This document shows, in pieces, positions 18,209-28,125 of a stretch of 42,563 nucleotides of DNA (position 1 is its first letter; each line of letters opens with the position of its first letter). The stretch comes from Candidatus Zixiibacteriota bacterium. Its GTDB lineage: Bacteria > Zixibacteria > MSB-5A5 > CAIYYT01. The position numbers and the translations under genes were made by a program. The stretch is from contig JBECKX010000045.1 of the NCBI GenBank assembly GCA_040235515.1, positions 1 through 42,563 on the forward strand. The letters run 5' to 3'. A model generated the notes under the pieces. It was given only the letters and a program-made list of their open reading frames with translations, ran no database searches and was not told the origin of the DNA.

Positions 18209-21200
18209 CTACTTACAAGTTGAGCAGGGAGCCGGTCCGCCGCCGAAGATGTAGTTGATGATAAACACGGCGTCCGAGATCGAGATCGCTCCGCTGCAGT
18301 CAGCATCACCTGCCTCGACAGGATCTGGTGCCGGTCCACCACCGAAGATGTAGTTCACGATATAGACAGCATCGGCAATCGAAACCGATCCGCCGCCGTC
18401 AGCATCCCCACAGATATAGTCGCAAACATCTCCCACACCATTTTGATTTGTGTCTTCCTGCCCCGGATTCGGGACGTTGGGACAGTTGTCACAGACGTTG
18501 CCGACTCCATCGCCATCATCATCACCCTGTCCCGGGTTCGGGATCGAGGGGCAGTTGTCGTTGTCAGCGCAGAAACCATCCTGGTCGATGTCGTTGAGGT
18601 TGTCTGTCGGACAGATGTCGCAGGCATCCCCGATTCCGTCACCGTCGCTATCCTCCTGCCCCGGATTGGCGATGGCAGGACAATTGTCGACGTCGGCGCA
18701 CAAGCCATCCCCATCGGCATCATTGAGCGGGTCAGCGGGACACGCGTCACAGGCGTCGCCGAGTCCGTCGGCGTCACTATCGGTCTGATCGATATTCGAA
18801 ATCGACTGGCAGTTGTCGCACGGATCACCGAAACCGTCGCCGTCGCTGTCGAGCTGTCCGGGATTGGCCAGCCTGTAGCAGTTGTCGCATTGATCGCCAA
18901 TCCCATCCCCGTCGTAGTCTGCCTGATTGGCATTCGCGGTAGACGGGCAGTTGTCGATACCGTCCGGGATGCCGTCGACATCGGCATCACCGGTCTCGCA
19001 GATATCAAGGACACTATTGCTGTTGTTGTCGGCAAACTGGCCGGATGAAATATCGCAGGCGTCGAGTATCCCGTTCTGGTTGCAGTCGTTGGGGCTCGGC
19101 GGGACGAATGCGATGCCGGTATTCCTGGTCAGTCCGCTGTTTTCACCCCTGACGAAGCGACGGTAATATCGTCCATCCGGGAAGAATTCGATCACGCGCG
19201 ACGCGTTGCCGCCCATGGCATCCTCTGCGACGAAAATGTGTCCATCGGGACGCATCGCCAATCCCCATGGCTGGAACGGGGCCTGCAGGTCATTGAATTG
19301 GCCGATCAAGGCACCGGTCGAGCCGTCGTAACGAAGCAACTGATCGGTATCGTGGCTGCTGACGATCAAATTGTCATCCTGATCAAAGAGGCAGTCTCGC
19401 GGACCGTTCAACCCGCCCGACCCGGACGTTACGAATGTACCGACCAGGGCGCCAGTAGTACCATCATACTCGATGATGCTGTTATTGCCTTCACTCGTGA
19501 CGAACAGGTTGCCGTTGGGTCCGAAGGTCAAGCCGTAAGGTGTTGACAGTCCGCCCAACCCGGCGGTGACGAAACTCCCGACAATCGCGCCGGTGGAGAT
19601 ATCAACTTCGACAACTTCGTTCGAGCCCTGATTCGCCACGAACAGGTTACCGTTGGGGCCGATGGCGAGTCCGGCAGGACCGGAGAGTCCACTGGTGAAA
19701 ACAGCCCCGCCGCCGCTGGCAAGAGACTCTCGGTAGATCGTATTCGCAGCGAAGTTCGCTACGTAGTAGTAGCCGGCATCGTCGGTGACAATGTCGTACG
19801 GCGTGCCGTTGGTGCCCGTGTAGTTCTTAATCGGATAACCGCTGTGCTCGTGGAACTCTCGGACGTAGTTCAACTGTGATGCGACCAGCAGGTTATGTTG
19901 CCTGTCAAGGTCGATCCAGTCTGGGATCAAATTGCCGTTGCAGTCCTCACAGTCATCGGGGATTGTGTTGCGGTTGAAGTCATCCGCAAGCCCGATCTCG
20001 ATTTCGTCGAAATCGACGAAACCATTGTTGTTGCAGTCAGGATCGCATGAGTCGAGAATGTAGTTCCCGTTCATATCGAGGGATGGATTATTGAAAATCT
20101 CCCACTCATCAGGCACATTGTCGGCATCACAATCGGTCTCGCACTCGTCCGGGACGCCATTTCCGTTTACATCGGTTGAAGTGCCCAGCAGAATATCCTG
20201 GGGATCAAGGGTGCCGTTGTTGTTGCAATCCTCGCACTCATCGGGAATCCCATTCGAGTTCGAGTCGATGGAGAAACCGGTCGCGATATCGATCGAGTCG
20301 GAGACGTTGTTATCGTTGCAGTCAAACTCGAAACAGCCATTCGCCACGATCTCGCTCTTCACCAGATCCCTCACCCGGCGGTGGAAGATCAGATCGGTCA
20401 TCGACGTATAGCCCACATGAATGTGGCAATAGCTCATGATAGTTCCGCGTGACGGAATCCCGTTGCCGCACTCATCAATCGTGGGAGTGTAGCCGTCATG
20501 CGTGTGGTAAGTGCCGCAGTTATGGCCGATCTCATGCGCTGAGACGATGACATCCCATGCGGCATTGCTCGGCAGATCGAGCGAGCTCGGGAAGCTGCCA
20601 TTCAGGAAACCACCGATCGAATAGGTTGAGGACGGGAAACAGGTCCCACCGACGTAAGCGATTCCACCGAAGGAAAGATCGCGGCGTCCCGAGAGCAGGT
20701 GCACGACATTGTAGGCGGAGGGGTCTTCGTTCGTAAACCAATAGTTGTAAATGTCAGCCAGGTCGCTTGAGTCAAACGGCTGCCCGCCTGTCGGCCAGAG
20801 TCTGATATAATCGATGACTATCTTGACGTCGAAGTCGCGGGTGTAGATGTCGCTGATTGCCGCGAACATGGTGAGCGCATACGTGAACGCCGCGGCCGTG
20901 TTACCAAAGATGTTGTAGTACTCGACATCCGAATCGAGTGCCAGGTGCAGCAGGCGGTGCCGCGGATCACCGACCGCCTGAGTTTCCGCCGGCTCGGCCG
21001 GACGAAAATCGGTCGGCGGTGTCACACCGCAAAACTCCACTCCCTCCGGGAGTTCCATGTCTGGCGCCGAATTGGAGATCACTACTGTGCGGTCCCAACC
21101 GAGCGCAGCCTGTTCCGGCGAAGTTGAAATGAATCGTGTCCCGTGCGTTTCATCTGAAACGTAACCCTGCGTTATGCCCGTAGAACTGATCGCAAGAAAT

Positions 21201-21619
21201 GCTCTCGAGGTTTCCTCACCGGCAATCCCACCCTTCATCATCACGACATCCGGACCCTGGACAATCTGATTGCCGGAGAGACTCCCAAGTACGAAGCGAG
21301 TCTGCTCGGTGGTAATCTCGAATCGTTCCAGTTCCAGCAAAACATCCTCAGCGCCGGGCATCGGCAGCTGGAGGAATTGCTTCTTCGGCCCCAGCGCGAG
21401 GGCGTTATAGGTATTGCTCGCAAGTTGCGTGCGCAACACCTGGTCGGCATCCGCGTAGGGCTGTTGTGAGACCGAGAAAGGCTGCTGGACGGCAGCTTCG
21501 GCGGTCGGGGAATCAACCAGAAGCAGTGGAAACAGAATCAGCAGAAAAGCCAGACAGGCAACTGCAAATCGTCGACTGCCGTAGTGAGTGGTACTGAAAG
21601 GGTTGCAGGACGCAAGCAT
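18209..21619 (-). CDS. Secreted M12B/reprolysin-like zinc metallopeptidase with Ca-binding repeats, NHL-like beta-propeller, TSP3 repeats and C-terminal dockerin-like domain
   Basis: Signal peptide, FCGV Cys-switch, [11 protein letters not shown], Met-turn GTIMSYCH, DCNxNG repeats, P.GL..GP.GNLFV propeller blades, DNCP...Q.D.D.DG.GD.CD repeats, duplicated DAD...DAV motif; GGGAGGAG RBS. Confidence 0.9.
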   Translation of the reverse strand: MLASCNPFSTTHYGSRRFAVACLAFLLILFPLLLVDSPTAEAAVQQPFSVSQQPYADADQVLRTQLASNTYNALALGPKKQFLQLPMPGAEDVLLELERFEITTEQTRFVLGSLSGNQIVQGPDVVMMKGGIAGEETSRAFLAISSTGITQGYVSDETHGTRFISTSPEQAALGWDRTVVISNSAPDMELPEGVEFCGVTPPTDFRPAEPAETQAVGDPRHRLLHLALDSDVEYYNIFGNTAAAFTYALTMFAAISDIYTRDFDVKIVIDYIRLWPTGGQPFDSSDLADIYNYWFTNEDPSAYNVVHLLSGRRDLSFGGIAYVGGTCFPSSTYSIGGFLNGSFPSSLDLPSNAAWDVIVSAHEIGHNCGTYHTHDGYTPTIDECGNGIPSRGTIMSYCHIHVGYTSMTDLIFHRRVRDLVKSEIVANGCFEFDCNDNNVSDSIDIATGFSIDSNSNGIPDECEDCNNNGTLDPQDILLGTSTDVNGNGVPDECETDCDADNVPDEWEIFNNPSLDMNGNYILDSCDPDCNNNGFVDFDEIEIGLADDFNRNTIPDDCEDCNGNLIPDWIDLDRQHNLLVASQLNYVREFHEHSGYPIKNYTGTNGTPYDIVTDDAGYYYVANFAANTIYRESLASGGGAVFTSGLSGPAGLAIGPNGNLFVANQGSNEVVEVDISTGAIVGSFVTAGLGGLSTPYGLTFGPNGNLFVTSEGNNSIIEYDGTTGALVGTFVTSGSGGLNGPRDCLFDQDDNLIVSSHDTDQLLRYDGSTGALIGQFNDLQAPFQPWGLAMRPDGHIFVAEDAMGGNASRVIEFFPDGRYYRRFVRGENSGLTRNTGIAFVPPSPNDCNQNGILDACDISSGQFADNNSNSVLDICETGDADVDGIPDGIDNCPSTANANQADYDGDGIGDQCDNCYRLANPGQLDSDGDGFGDPCDNCQSISNIDQTDSDADGLGDACDACPADPLNDADGDGLCADVDNCPAIANPGQEDSDGDGIGDACDICPTDNLNDIDQDGFCADNDNCPSIPNPGQGDDDGDGVGNVCDNCPNVPNPGQEDTNQNGVGDVCDYICGDADGGGSVSIADAVYIVNYIFGGGPAPDPVEAGDADCSGAISISDAVFIINYIFGGGPAPCSTCK
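18212..18419 (-). repeat. Dockerin-like C-terminal module, copy 1 of 4
   Basis: [69 protein letters not shown]. Confidence 0.88.
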
Positions 21620-21803
21620 GATCTCCTCCCGATCGGTTCATTCGCGCGATACTTCTGAATTCGAACCGTTACGTCGAAGTAAAGGGTTATGAATTTTCAG
21701 CGTATGTAAGTTATGTTTGGCGCCGTCGAACAGCCACCGGCGCGGCAACCGGCCCCGCGAATCGGAACGTGAACCGATTCTACCGGGGGCTAATGACGGA
21801 ATG

Positions 21804-21835
21804 AGGCTTAAGCAGTTGCAGAGCTAAGCCTTTTT
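21804..21835 (+). terminator. Rho-independent terminator-like hairpin inside a divergent intergenic region
   Basis: AGGCTTA...TAAGCCT stem followed by a T run. Confidence 0.55.
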
Positions 21836-21928
21836 AGTTTCACTATTGAAGATAGCGTGAGTCTGTGGAGTGTCAAGACGAAATTCCGGTGCTGCCACCG
21901 GCTGATCGCGCGATGCGGCTCAAGCCCG

Positions 21929-21956
21929 TTGCCGGTAGACTTGCACCCGATATACT
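21929..21956 (+). promoter_or_regulatory. Sigma70-type promoter for the pagL-like gene
   Basis: TTGCCG-16 nt-TATACT, 8 nt before ATG 21965. Confidence 0.5.
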
Positions 21957-21964
21957 TGTAATCT

Positions 21965-22531
21965 ATGCGTCCCAAATCAGAAAATCGCTGCCGCCGCCGA
22001 TGGGTGATCTACATGATCTCCATCGGTATCGCCTGTTTGTCTGTGACAAGCCCTGCCGTGGCGATAGATGCCGTTGCTGTCGAACTTGGAGTTGATGGCT
22101 ACGATCATGAGATGCTGCTGGGGCGGCTGGCGCTCTGGTGGAACATCCCCAAACTCTCGACCGCTTTCTCCGGGCTGCAACTCATTACCAGCGCCGAACT
22201 GATGGCCGGGTATTGGAGCAACTCAGAGAGGCTTCTTGACCTGGGGGCAACACCGGTGCTCAGGATTCAGCCGGTCAGGCACGGGCGAATCGCCACACCA
22301 TATCTGGAGGGGGCAGTGGGGTTTCACTATGTCAGTGGGATTGTGGCCGCCGGGCGAAACATCTCGACCAATTTTCAATTCGGGGATCACCTTGCCGTCG
22401 GGCTGCTGCTGGGGAGCGGCGGCAGGCTCGATATTGCCTATAAGTTCCAGCACCTCTCCAACGCCAGTATCAGGCAGCCAAATGCCGGAATCAATTTTCA
22501 TATACTGCGCCTGGCTTACCGCTTCCAGTAA
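21965..22531 (+). CDS. pagL: Lipid A 3-O-deacylase-like outer membrane beta-barrel (PagL/acyloxyacyl hydrolase family)
   Basis: Signal peptide, PYLEGAVG, STNFQFGDH, FQHLSNASIRQPNAGIN with His-Ser catalytic pair, C-terminal Y-x-F. Confidence 0.88.
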   Translation: MRPKSENRCRRRWVIYMISIGIACLSVTSPAVAIDAVAVELGVDGYDHEMLLGRLALWWNIPKLSTAFSGLQLITSAELMAGYWSNSERLLDLGATPVLRIQPVRHGRIATPYLEGAVGFHYVSGIVAAGRNISTNFQFGDHLAVGLLLGSGGRLDIAYKFQHLSNASIRQPNAGINFHILRLAYRFQ

Positions 22532-22567
22532 GCCTGCGTGTTCTGTCATCATCCCCCGAATCAGACT

Positions 22568-25219
22568 CTATTTGCAGCCGGCGCACGGTGCGGGACCGCC
22601 GCCAAAGATAAACTGAATGATGTAAACAGCATCACCGATAGAGACCGTGCCTGAGCAATCGGCGTCCGCCAATGCCTCAGGGCTCGGCGCCGGACCTCCT
22701 CCGAAGATGAAATTAATCACAAACACAGCGTCGCTGATCGCTACAGCTCCGCCGCCGTCGGCATCCCCGCAGAGGAACATCTGCATGCTGTATTGTTTGT
22801 CAACCTCAAGCGTCCCCTCATCGGCGGCTCTGGCCGTGAACTGAACGGGGCCGGAACTGGTCGGTGTTCCTGCAACCAAACCGCCGCTGCTCAGCGTCAG
22901 GCCGGTGCCGGCCAGGTCACCATTGAGATCGGACCACGTGATATTGCCGCTGCCACCGGTCGCGCTCAACTGTTCGCTATAAGCGGTGCCAACCCAGCCG
23001 TCCGGGAGTGACTCGGTGAGAATAACCAGCGGTTCGGTTGGCTCTGAGAGTGCCGGGAATACAATCAGGTCAACCCAGCCTTTGTCACTGCCGTTGGCCT
23101 GTGACTGATCCTTGGTATAGCGCCAGGTGAAGGTGTGACTGCCCGGAAACACGAAGTATGACTTCCCGGTCCAGTCCATCTCCCCTGACCACTTTTCTTT
23201 CTCGATACCGTCAATCAGGAACCGGAGATAATCAAATCCGCTCTCGGAGGAAACCTTGGCCTCGAACGAAATCGGTCCCGCCTGGGCAACCTCTACGGTT
23301 ACGCTCAACTGCGAAGTCTGGTTGTTGCCGATGTTGCCTGAAGCGGCCGCGTAGGTGCCTTCATACCTCGTTGACGAACCGACGCTCCACGGTGCGGAGC
23401 CAGTGCTCTGCCAGTCGTAAAGTGAAAGATCACCTGTCTCGAAATCCTCAACATCCAACCCGATGGTCAGGCTGAAGAACGCACTGTCGACATAGCCGCC
23501 GTCGGCGGTGAGATCAAGTCGGAAGTCAACTTGATGATATGTCGGTGTCGAGGATGACACTGAGAAGGAATACGATCCCTGCGATACCGCGGTTCCGCCC
23601 AATTCTGCGATAGTCGGGAAGCCGGAAAGCGGCTGATTGATCGTGATATTCGAATCGTCGGTTGAAAGGACGCCCTGTACGCCCGTTGCCGCACCGCCGC
23701 CATCATTGCGAAGCGTAATGGTCATGCCGACATTGTCGCCCGGATCGATTACCGTCGGGGCGCTCTCGGAAATGAGTGTCAGCACCGGGTCTGTAGAGAT
23801 CGGATCAAGCTGGACGTCTTGTACAGTGGTTTGTCCGCTCAATACAGTGATGCCGGAGATCGTCTGTGTGACATAGCCAAGAGCCGAGAACTCCAGTGTC
23901 CAGCTGCCCGGGCCGATCATACGATGGTAATCTCCGTGGGTAGCGTCGCAGCGCACCTGCGACGAGTCGGTATCATGGCCAACGACCGTGACCAGCGCTT
24001 CAAGCGGCAGGCCGGTCAACGAACTGGTTACGATGCCGGTGATGCCGTATCGGGCTTCCTCAAGGAAACTGAGGAGTGATTTCCGATTGTAGTTCCAGTG
24101 ATTCGGCAACTGGCTAGCCGAAAGCAGCTTGGTGTCGGAGAGTTCAATGGTAACCTCGCGGCAATGATACCAGAAATTCATCATATCTTGTCTGCCGCCA
24201 TTCACCTCGTACCAGTCGTAGCCGTTCGTGATACCGTCTGTGAAGCCGTCCATATATCCTGAGGGTGACGCCACCTGAGCCGTATCGGCATACTTATGCG
24301 AGATTGAGACGTACCAGCTGTCATCCGCATGCAGGGTAGCCCACGTATCCCAGGGATAGTTGACCACTTCGGTTCCGCCATGGAAATTGGCGGATATCAC
24401 GAAATTGTGTTGATCAGCCCAGTCGATCATCGCCAGGGTCTCGTCCTGGTAGGAGTTGCCATCCGGGTGCGGCCCATCCTGCGGGTCAGGGAAATTGCGA
24501 TTGATATCGACTCCGTTGGCGTTGTAGCGCCATGCCCCGAAGACGGTGTTATTGCCGCCACGGTAGGTACCATCGGGGTTAGCCAGCGGGTTAATGAATA
24601 TCTCCATGTTGTCAACCATGTCGGTGATGCGGGCATCGGACCCATACGAAACCAGCAGCGAATCGATCAGACGCAGCATCAGAACGTAGCCTGTAGTCTC
24701 ATCGCCATGCATCGAAGATGTGTAAAACACCTCCGGCTCCGCTTCCTCGGTTGTAGCGTTGTCCGATATCTTCACCGCCAGCAACTCCCTGCCCTGTTCC
24801 GAGTAACCGATCGTGTCGAGCACACAGAGCGTTGGGTAGTTCGTCGCGAAGTCCTCCATCATCTGTTTGTAAGCATCGAAGGTCGGGTATGAATCCCACG
24901 CTTGTGCCTCGCGCACAGTGGAACTCATGCGAACTTCCTGCAACTCACCCGGGTTGGTGAGCAGCTCAAACGGAATTCCCAGGGTCTGGAAGGTTTCATA
25001 CTGCTGATCGTTGGCGTAGGCGTAGACGGTCTGTCCATCCCACGGCGCACAGCGGTCAATGGTGATCTTCTTGTCGAGACTCGCCAGTTCCTTTCGGTCT
25101 TTGATCTGAAAACGGAAATAATACTGGTTGGCGGCCTCTGCGCTGATCGTGGTCACAAATGTGGCAAGCAGCAGCAATATGACGATACGCCGCAACGTAG
25201 CCATAGCGGGTTTTTTCAT
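22568..25219 (-). CDS. Secreted M14 zinc carboxypeptidase with carboxypeptidase regulatory-like, beta-sandwich and Ig-like domains and C-terminal dockerin-like domain
   Basis: MHGDE, NPDG, DINRNF, NFHGG, VTIEL. Start moved from 25330 to ATG 25219 (GAGG RBS, signal peptide, and a promoter lies inside the longer ORF). Confidence 0.92.
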   Translation of the reverse strand: MKKPAMATLRRIVILLLLATFVTTISAEAANQYYFRFQIKDRKELASLDKKITIDRCAPWDGQTVYAYANDQQYETFQTLGIPFELLTNPGELQEVRMSSTVREAQAWDSYPTFDAYKQMMEDFATNYPTLCVLDTIGYSEQGRELLAVKISDNATTEEAEPEVFYTSSMHGDETTGYVLMLRLIDSLLVSYGSDARITDMVDNMEIFINPLANPDGTYRGGNNTVFGAWRYNANGVDINRNFPDPQDGPHPDGNSYQDETLAMIDWADQHNFVISANFHGGTEVVNYPWDTWATLHADDSWYVSISHKYADTAQVASPSGYMDGFTDGITNGYDWYEVNGGRQDMMNFWYHCREVTIELSDTKLLSASQLPNHWNYNRKSLLSFLEEARYGITGIVTSSLTGLPLEALVTVVGHDTDSSQVRCDATHGDYHRMIGPGSWTLEFSALGYVTQTISGITVLSGQTTVQDVQLDPISTDPVLTLISESAPTVIDPGDNVGMTITLRNDGGGAATGVQGVLSTDDSNITINQPLSGFPTIAELGGTAVSQGSYSFSVSSSTPTYHQVDFRLDLTADGGYVDSAFFSLTIGLDVEDFETGDLSLYDWQSTGSAPWSVGSSTRYEGTYAAASGNIGNNQTSQLSVTVEVAQAGPISFEAKVSSESGFDYLRFLIDGIEKEKWSGEMDWTGKSYFVFPGSHTFTWRYTKDQSQANGSDKGWVDLIVFPALSEPTEPLVILTESLPDGWVGTAYSEQLSATGGSGNITWSDLNGDLAGTGLTLSSGGLVAGTPTSSGPVQFTARAADEGTLEVDKQYSMQMFLCGDADGGGAVAISDAVFVINFIFGGGPAPSPEALADADCSGTVSIGDAVYIIQFIFGGGPAPCAGCK
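22571..22778 (-). repeat. Dockerin-like C-terminal module, copy 2 of 4
   Basis: [69 protein letters not shown]. Confidence 0.88.
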
Positions 25220-25302
25220 GGGAAAGTTGTCCTCATCGGTGCTAAAATGATGCAATATCAGAACTCTATAGAGTTGGGTACAGGGGGTAATCTTCTCTGG
25301 AT

Positions 25303-25330
25303 AATATAAGTTGAGATATGTCATTTGCAA
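25303..25330 (-). promoter_or_regulatory. Sigma70-type promoter for the M14 carboxypeptidase
   Basis: Minus strand TTGCAA-16 nt-TATATT. Confidence 0.55.
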
Positions 25331-25464
25331 GGCGAAATGCCTCTATCCCCTCCATATTTCACACGCGTTTTTGACGCCTCCAGAGCGAACAATTTGACTT
25401 GACGGCTGATCTGAGCGTTATAATCGTATCAGGACCGGGAGTAAGAGATTGAAAGGACAAACCG

Positions 25465-25959
25465 ATGAGCGAAGCGATTTTCGAAAGCATCCGAAGCTAC
25501 CTGACCCACAACTCAATCCCGTTTCGGCACGTGCAGCATAAACCAACCTATACATCGGAAGAATCTGCGGAAGCTCGCGGTGAGGATGTTCGAATCGGCG
25601 GCAAGGCCATCGTCTTGAAAGTCGACGATCTTTTCCGGCTCTTCGTGCTGAGCGCGGCCCTCAAACTCGATTCCGGCGCGATCAAGAAGCACCTCAAAGC
25701 GAAGCGAATTCGTTTTGCCACCGCGGAGGAACTCTTCGATTTCACCGGCCTGGAACCGGGATCTGTTCCCCCCTTCGGCGATCCAATCCTGCCGTTTCAG
25801 CTCTTCGTGGATGAGTCGATTCTCCTCAATGAGAAAATCGCTTTCAACGCCGGATCACTGACCAACTCCGTCGTGATGAGCGTGCAGGACTACCTGGCAC
25901 TCACCAAACCGGAGATATTCCGATTTTCCCGGGGAGATATCCCCATTTCGCAGAACTGA
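25465..25959 (+). CDS. YbaK/ProX-family aminoacyl-tRNA deacylase (trans-editing domain)
   Basis: H..TYTSEESA, conserved Lys in GKAIVLK, RFAT.EE, GSVPPFG, FNAG; TATAAT at 25419-25424 and AAGGA RBS upstream. Confidence 0.88.
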   Translation: MSEAIFESIRSYLTHNSIPFRHVQHKPTYTSEESAEARGEDVRIGGKAIVLKVDDLFRLFVLSAALKLDSGAIKKHLKAKRIRFATAEELFDFTGLEPGSVPPFGDPILPFQLFVDESILLNEKIAFNAGSLTNSVVMSVQDYLALTKPEIFRFSRGDIPISQN

Positions 25960-25988
25960 ATCAGATTCTAACAGCAGGCGAAGCGGCG

Positions 25989-26012
25989 GACAAATCGACC
26001 GACAAATCGACC
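25989..26012. repeat. 12-bp tandem repeat GACAAATCGACC x2
   Basis: Exact adjacent copies just downstream of the YbaK-like gene. Confidence 0.75.
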
Positions 26013-26031
26013 GTGCAGCCTGGTTGAATAC

Positions 26032-26080
26032 AAAAAAGAAGCGGGTATGACTTGGAGGAATCTCCCGGTCATACCCGCTT
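26032..26080 (-). terminator. Rho-independent terminator for the M43 peptidase gene(s)
   Basis: 13-bp perfect inverted repeat AAGCGGGTATGAC / GTCATACCCGCTT with a T6 tail on the minus strand. Confidence 0.85.
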
Positions 26081-26176
26081 GCTCAATTATGGCTAACTCT
26101 TCGTCGGCTAATACAATCAACTGCAATCAGCTATAATGCAATCTGCTCTAATTAGCCTGCCTGTCTGAGCTGCCCC

Positions 26177-28084
26177 TTACGGGCAAGTAGCACAGGGGGC
26201 TGGTCCACCGCCGAAGATAAAGTTGATCAGATAGACAGCATCACCAATCGATACCGCGCCACTGCAGTCTGCATCAGCTGCGATCTCCGGGTCTGGAGCC
26301 GGTCCACCACCGAAGATGTAATTGATGATATGGACGGCGTCACCGATCGAAATTGTGCCTCCACCATCAGCATCACCGCAGATGTATGGCGGATCCGTTA
26401 CGGAGACACTGAAGTCAACCGTATCCGCATTCGGCGGTGAGTCTGAGTCAAGTACTCTCAAGGTGAAGAAGTAGTCTGATGGGAATGATGGAGTTCCCGA
26501 TAGTTCACCGGTGCTACCATTGAGGGTCAAACCGAACGGCAGATCTCCACCGAACTGCGACCAGGTGTACGGCGGAACACCGCCAACCGCCTGGAACTGG
26601 AATGAGTACGCGACATTCGTGTATCCATCCGGCGGGTCGTTTTCGTAGCAGTAGACATTTCCGTCGCAGTGGTCACCCACTCCGTCCATGTTCTGGTCTG
26701 ACTGGGTCGGGTTGGATACGCTCGGGCAATTGTCGCAGGCGTCGCCTACGCCGTCCGTGTCCGCGTCCGCCTGATCGGCGTTGGAGCTGTCGGGACAGTT
26801 ATCGCTGTCGCAGGTATTGAACGCGTATCCCGGGTTGCCATAACCGTCACCATCGGTGTCGGTACAGGTATCGCAGGCATCACCCACGCCATCGAGATCC
26901 GCATCCGCCTGATCGGCGTTCGGAGTGCTGATACAGTTGTCGCACACATCACCCACGCCATCGGTGTCACCATCAGTCTGGGATGCATTCGATGCGTTCG
27001 GGCAATTGTCGACACCGTTGTTGACGCCGTCACCGTCGACATCATAATCCTGATATGATCCCAGGATCGACTGGCTCCAGCAACGCATACGGGCAATCTG
27101 CTGGTTGGAGAATACCTGGGTCGGACAACCGGAATAACCCATGACGTTTTCGGGAGAAGTCGCTCCCCAGGGCTGACCGTTACACGGATCGTTGCCTCCG
27201 GGGGGAGCACAGTTGAAATTGGTCGGGGTCGGCGGGGTATCGGAGCACAAGTCGCCGCGATCATCCGCCGGTGTGCCGGCAAATTCGTAACAGCTACCGC
27301 AAGCCGAGACTTCGTCGACACCGCGCTGCGTGTGGTACAAGCCGAGACAGTGTCCCATCTCATGTGTCGTCGTGTAGTTGCTCGGACCGAAACTCGGAGC
27401 ATGCAAAACGATGCCGAAGCGCGTGGCGCCGGCTTGATCCCAAGGCAAGTATGCGTAGCCCAGCACCGTTCCATTGGGATTGGTCTGCTCGATATCAGTG
27501 ATGTAGATGTTGATCTGAGTTCCAACGGAACTGCCGAAGGTCGCCTTCATGCCGAAATCCTCGGAACTGGAAAGCACACGATACTGGCTGCTGTTATGAT
27601 GCAGAATCCCCTGGTTGATGAACTGAATCCCGGCTGATGCATAACGCGCCTGCAGCGCATTGAACACGGTATTCACTTCGCTTTCCGAAGCCGCGGCATT
27701 CGAACCGTCATTCTCGTGGAAAATATGCCAGATTACTCTGATCCAATAGACTTCCTGCTGCGGATCGGGAAGGTACTGATCGCGATTGGTCGCGATATCG
27801 CAGGCACCCTCAAGCGAGCAGGCATTGGGATCGCTGCGGTAGTTCTCATCACCGGCACGCAACTCCGCGGCCTTCTCCATAGTGCCGCACCAGGAAACCT
27901 GGTACTTGCGGACGATCTCCTGAAAATCCTCCGGGTGTTCCTTCAGTTCTTGAAGTACCGTCTCCGAGTCGGCTAGCTGCTCTGCCTTCGCGGTACCGAT
28001 CCCGACAACGAGAGATACCAGAAGGCAAAGACCAACCGAGAGGCTTAGCATCTTCTTGACAATTAACATGATAGGGCTACTCAC
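26177..28084 (-). CDS. Secreted M43 (pappalysin/ulilysin-like) metallopeptidase with TSP3 repeats, Ig-like domain and dockerin-like tail, paralog A
   Basis: Signal peptide, WCGT Cys-switch, LGYAYLPW, HEMGHCLGLYHT, DLCSDTPP, ENVMGY Met-turn. Exact start uncertain (28084, 28069 or 28051). Confidence 0.9.
   Translation of the reverse strand: MSSPIMLIVKKMLSLSVGLCLLVSLVVGIGTAKAEQLADSETVLQELKEHPEDFQEIVRKYQVSWCGTMEKAAELRAGDENYRSDPNACSLEGACDIATNRDQYLPDPQQEVYWIRVIWHIFHENDGSNAAASESEVNTVFNALQARYASAGIQFINQGILHHNSSQYRVLSSSEDFGMKATFGSSVGTQINIYITDIEQTNPNGTVLGYAYLPWDQAGATRFGIVLHAPSFGPSNYTTTHEMGHCLGLYHTQRGVDEVSACGSCYEFAGTPADDRGDLCSDTPPTPTNFNCAPPGGNDPCNGQPWGATSPENVMGYSGCPTQVFSNQQIARMRCWSQSILGSYQDYDVDGDGVNNGVDNCPNASNASQTDGDTDGVGDVCDNCISTPNADQADADLDGVGDACDTCTDTDGDGYGNPGYAFNTCDSDNCPDSSNADQADADTDGVGDACDNCPSVSNPTQSDQNMDGVGDHCDGNVYCYENDPPDGYTNVAYSFQFQAVGGVPPYTWSQFGGDLPFGLTLNGSTGELSGTPSFPSDYFFTLRVLDSDSPPNADTVDFSVSVTDPPYICGDADGGGTISIGDAVHIINYIFGGGPAPDPEIAADADCSGAVSIGDAVYLINFIFGGGPAPCATCP
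26180..26386 (-). repeat. Dockerin-like C-terminal module, copy 3 of 4
   Basis: [69 protein letters not shown]. Confidence 0.88.
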
Positions 28085-28103
28085 TGATTATTGGTTGTGG
28101 TTA

Positions 28104-28125
28104 CGATCAGTATTCGATCAGTATT
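28104..28125. repeat. 11-bp tandem repeat CGATCAGTATT x2 in the leader of M43 paralog A
   Basis: Copies at 28104-28114 and 28115-28125; TTGACA on the minus strand at 28171-28176. Confidence 0.75.

Noticed and set aside
18355..19048. Thr/Met-rich and Val-rich alternative-frame ORFs over the TSP3 repeats (also 26746..27525 and 28786..29406)
   Set aside because: By-products of repeated GAC/GAT/GGC codons in Asp/Gly-rich repeats.
21745..21800. AACC-stem-GGGCTAATGAC resembling the 3' half of a fluoride riboswitch or an HDV-like ribozyme J4/2
   Set aside because: The 5' GGCGATG..GTTCGCC element of the crcB motif is missing and the HDV P1/P2/P3 spacing does not fit; kept only as an unclassified structured RNA candidate.
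25989..26012. 12-bp tandem repeat as a CRISPR remnant or insertion target-site duplication
   Set aside because: Only two adjacent copies, with no spacers, cas genes or transposase.
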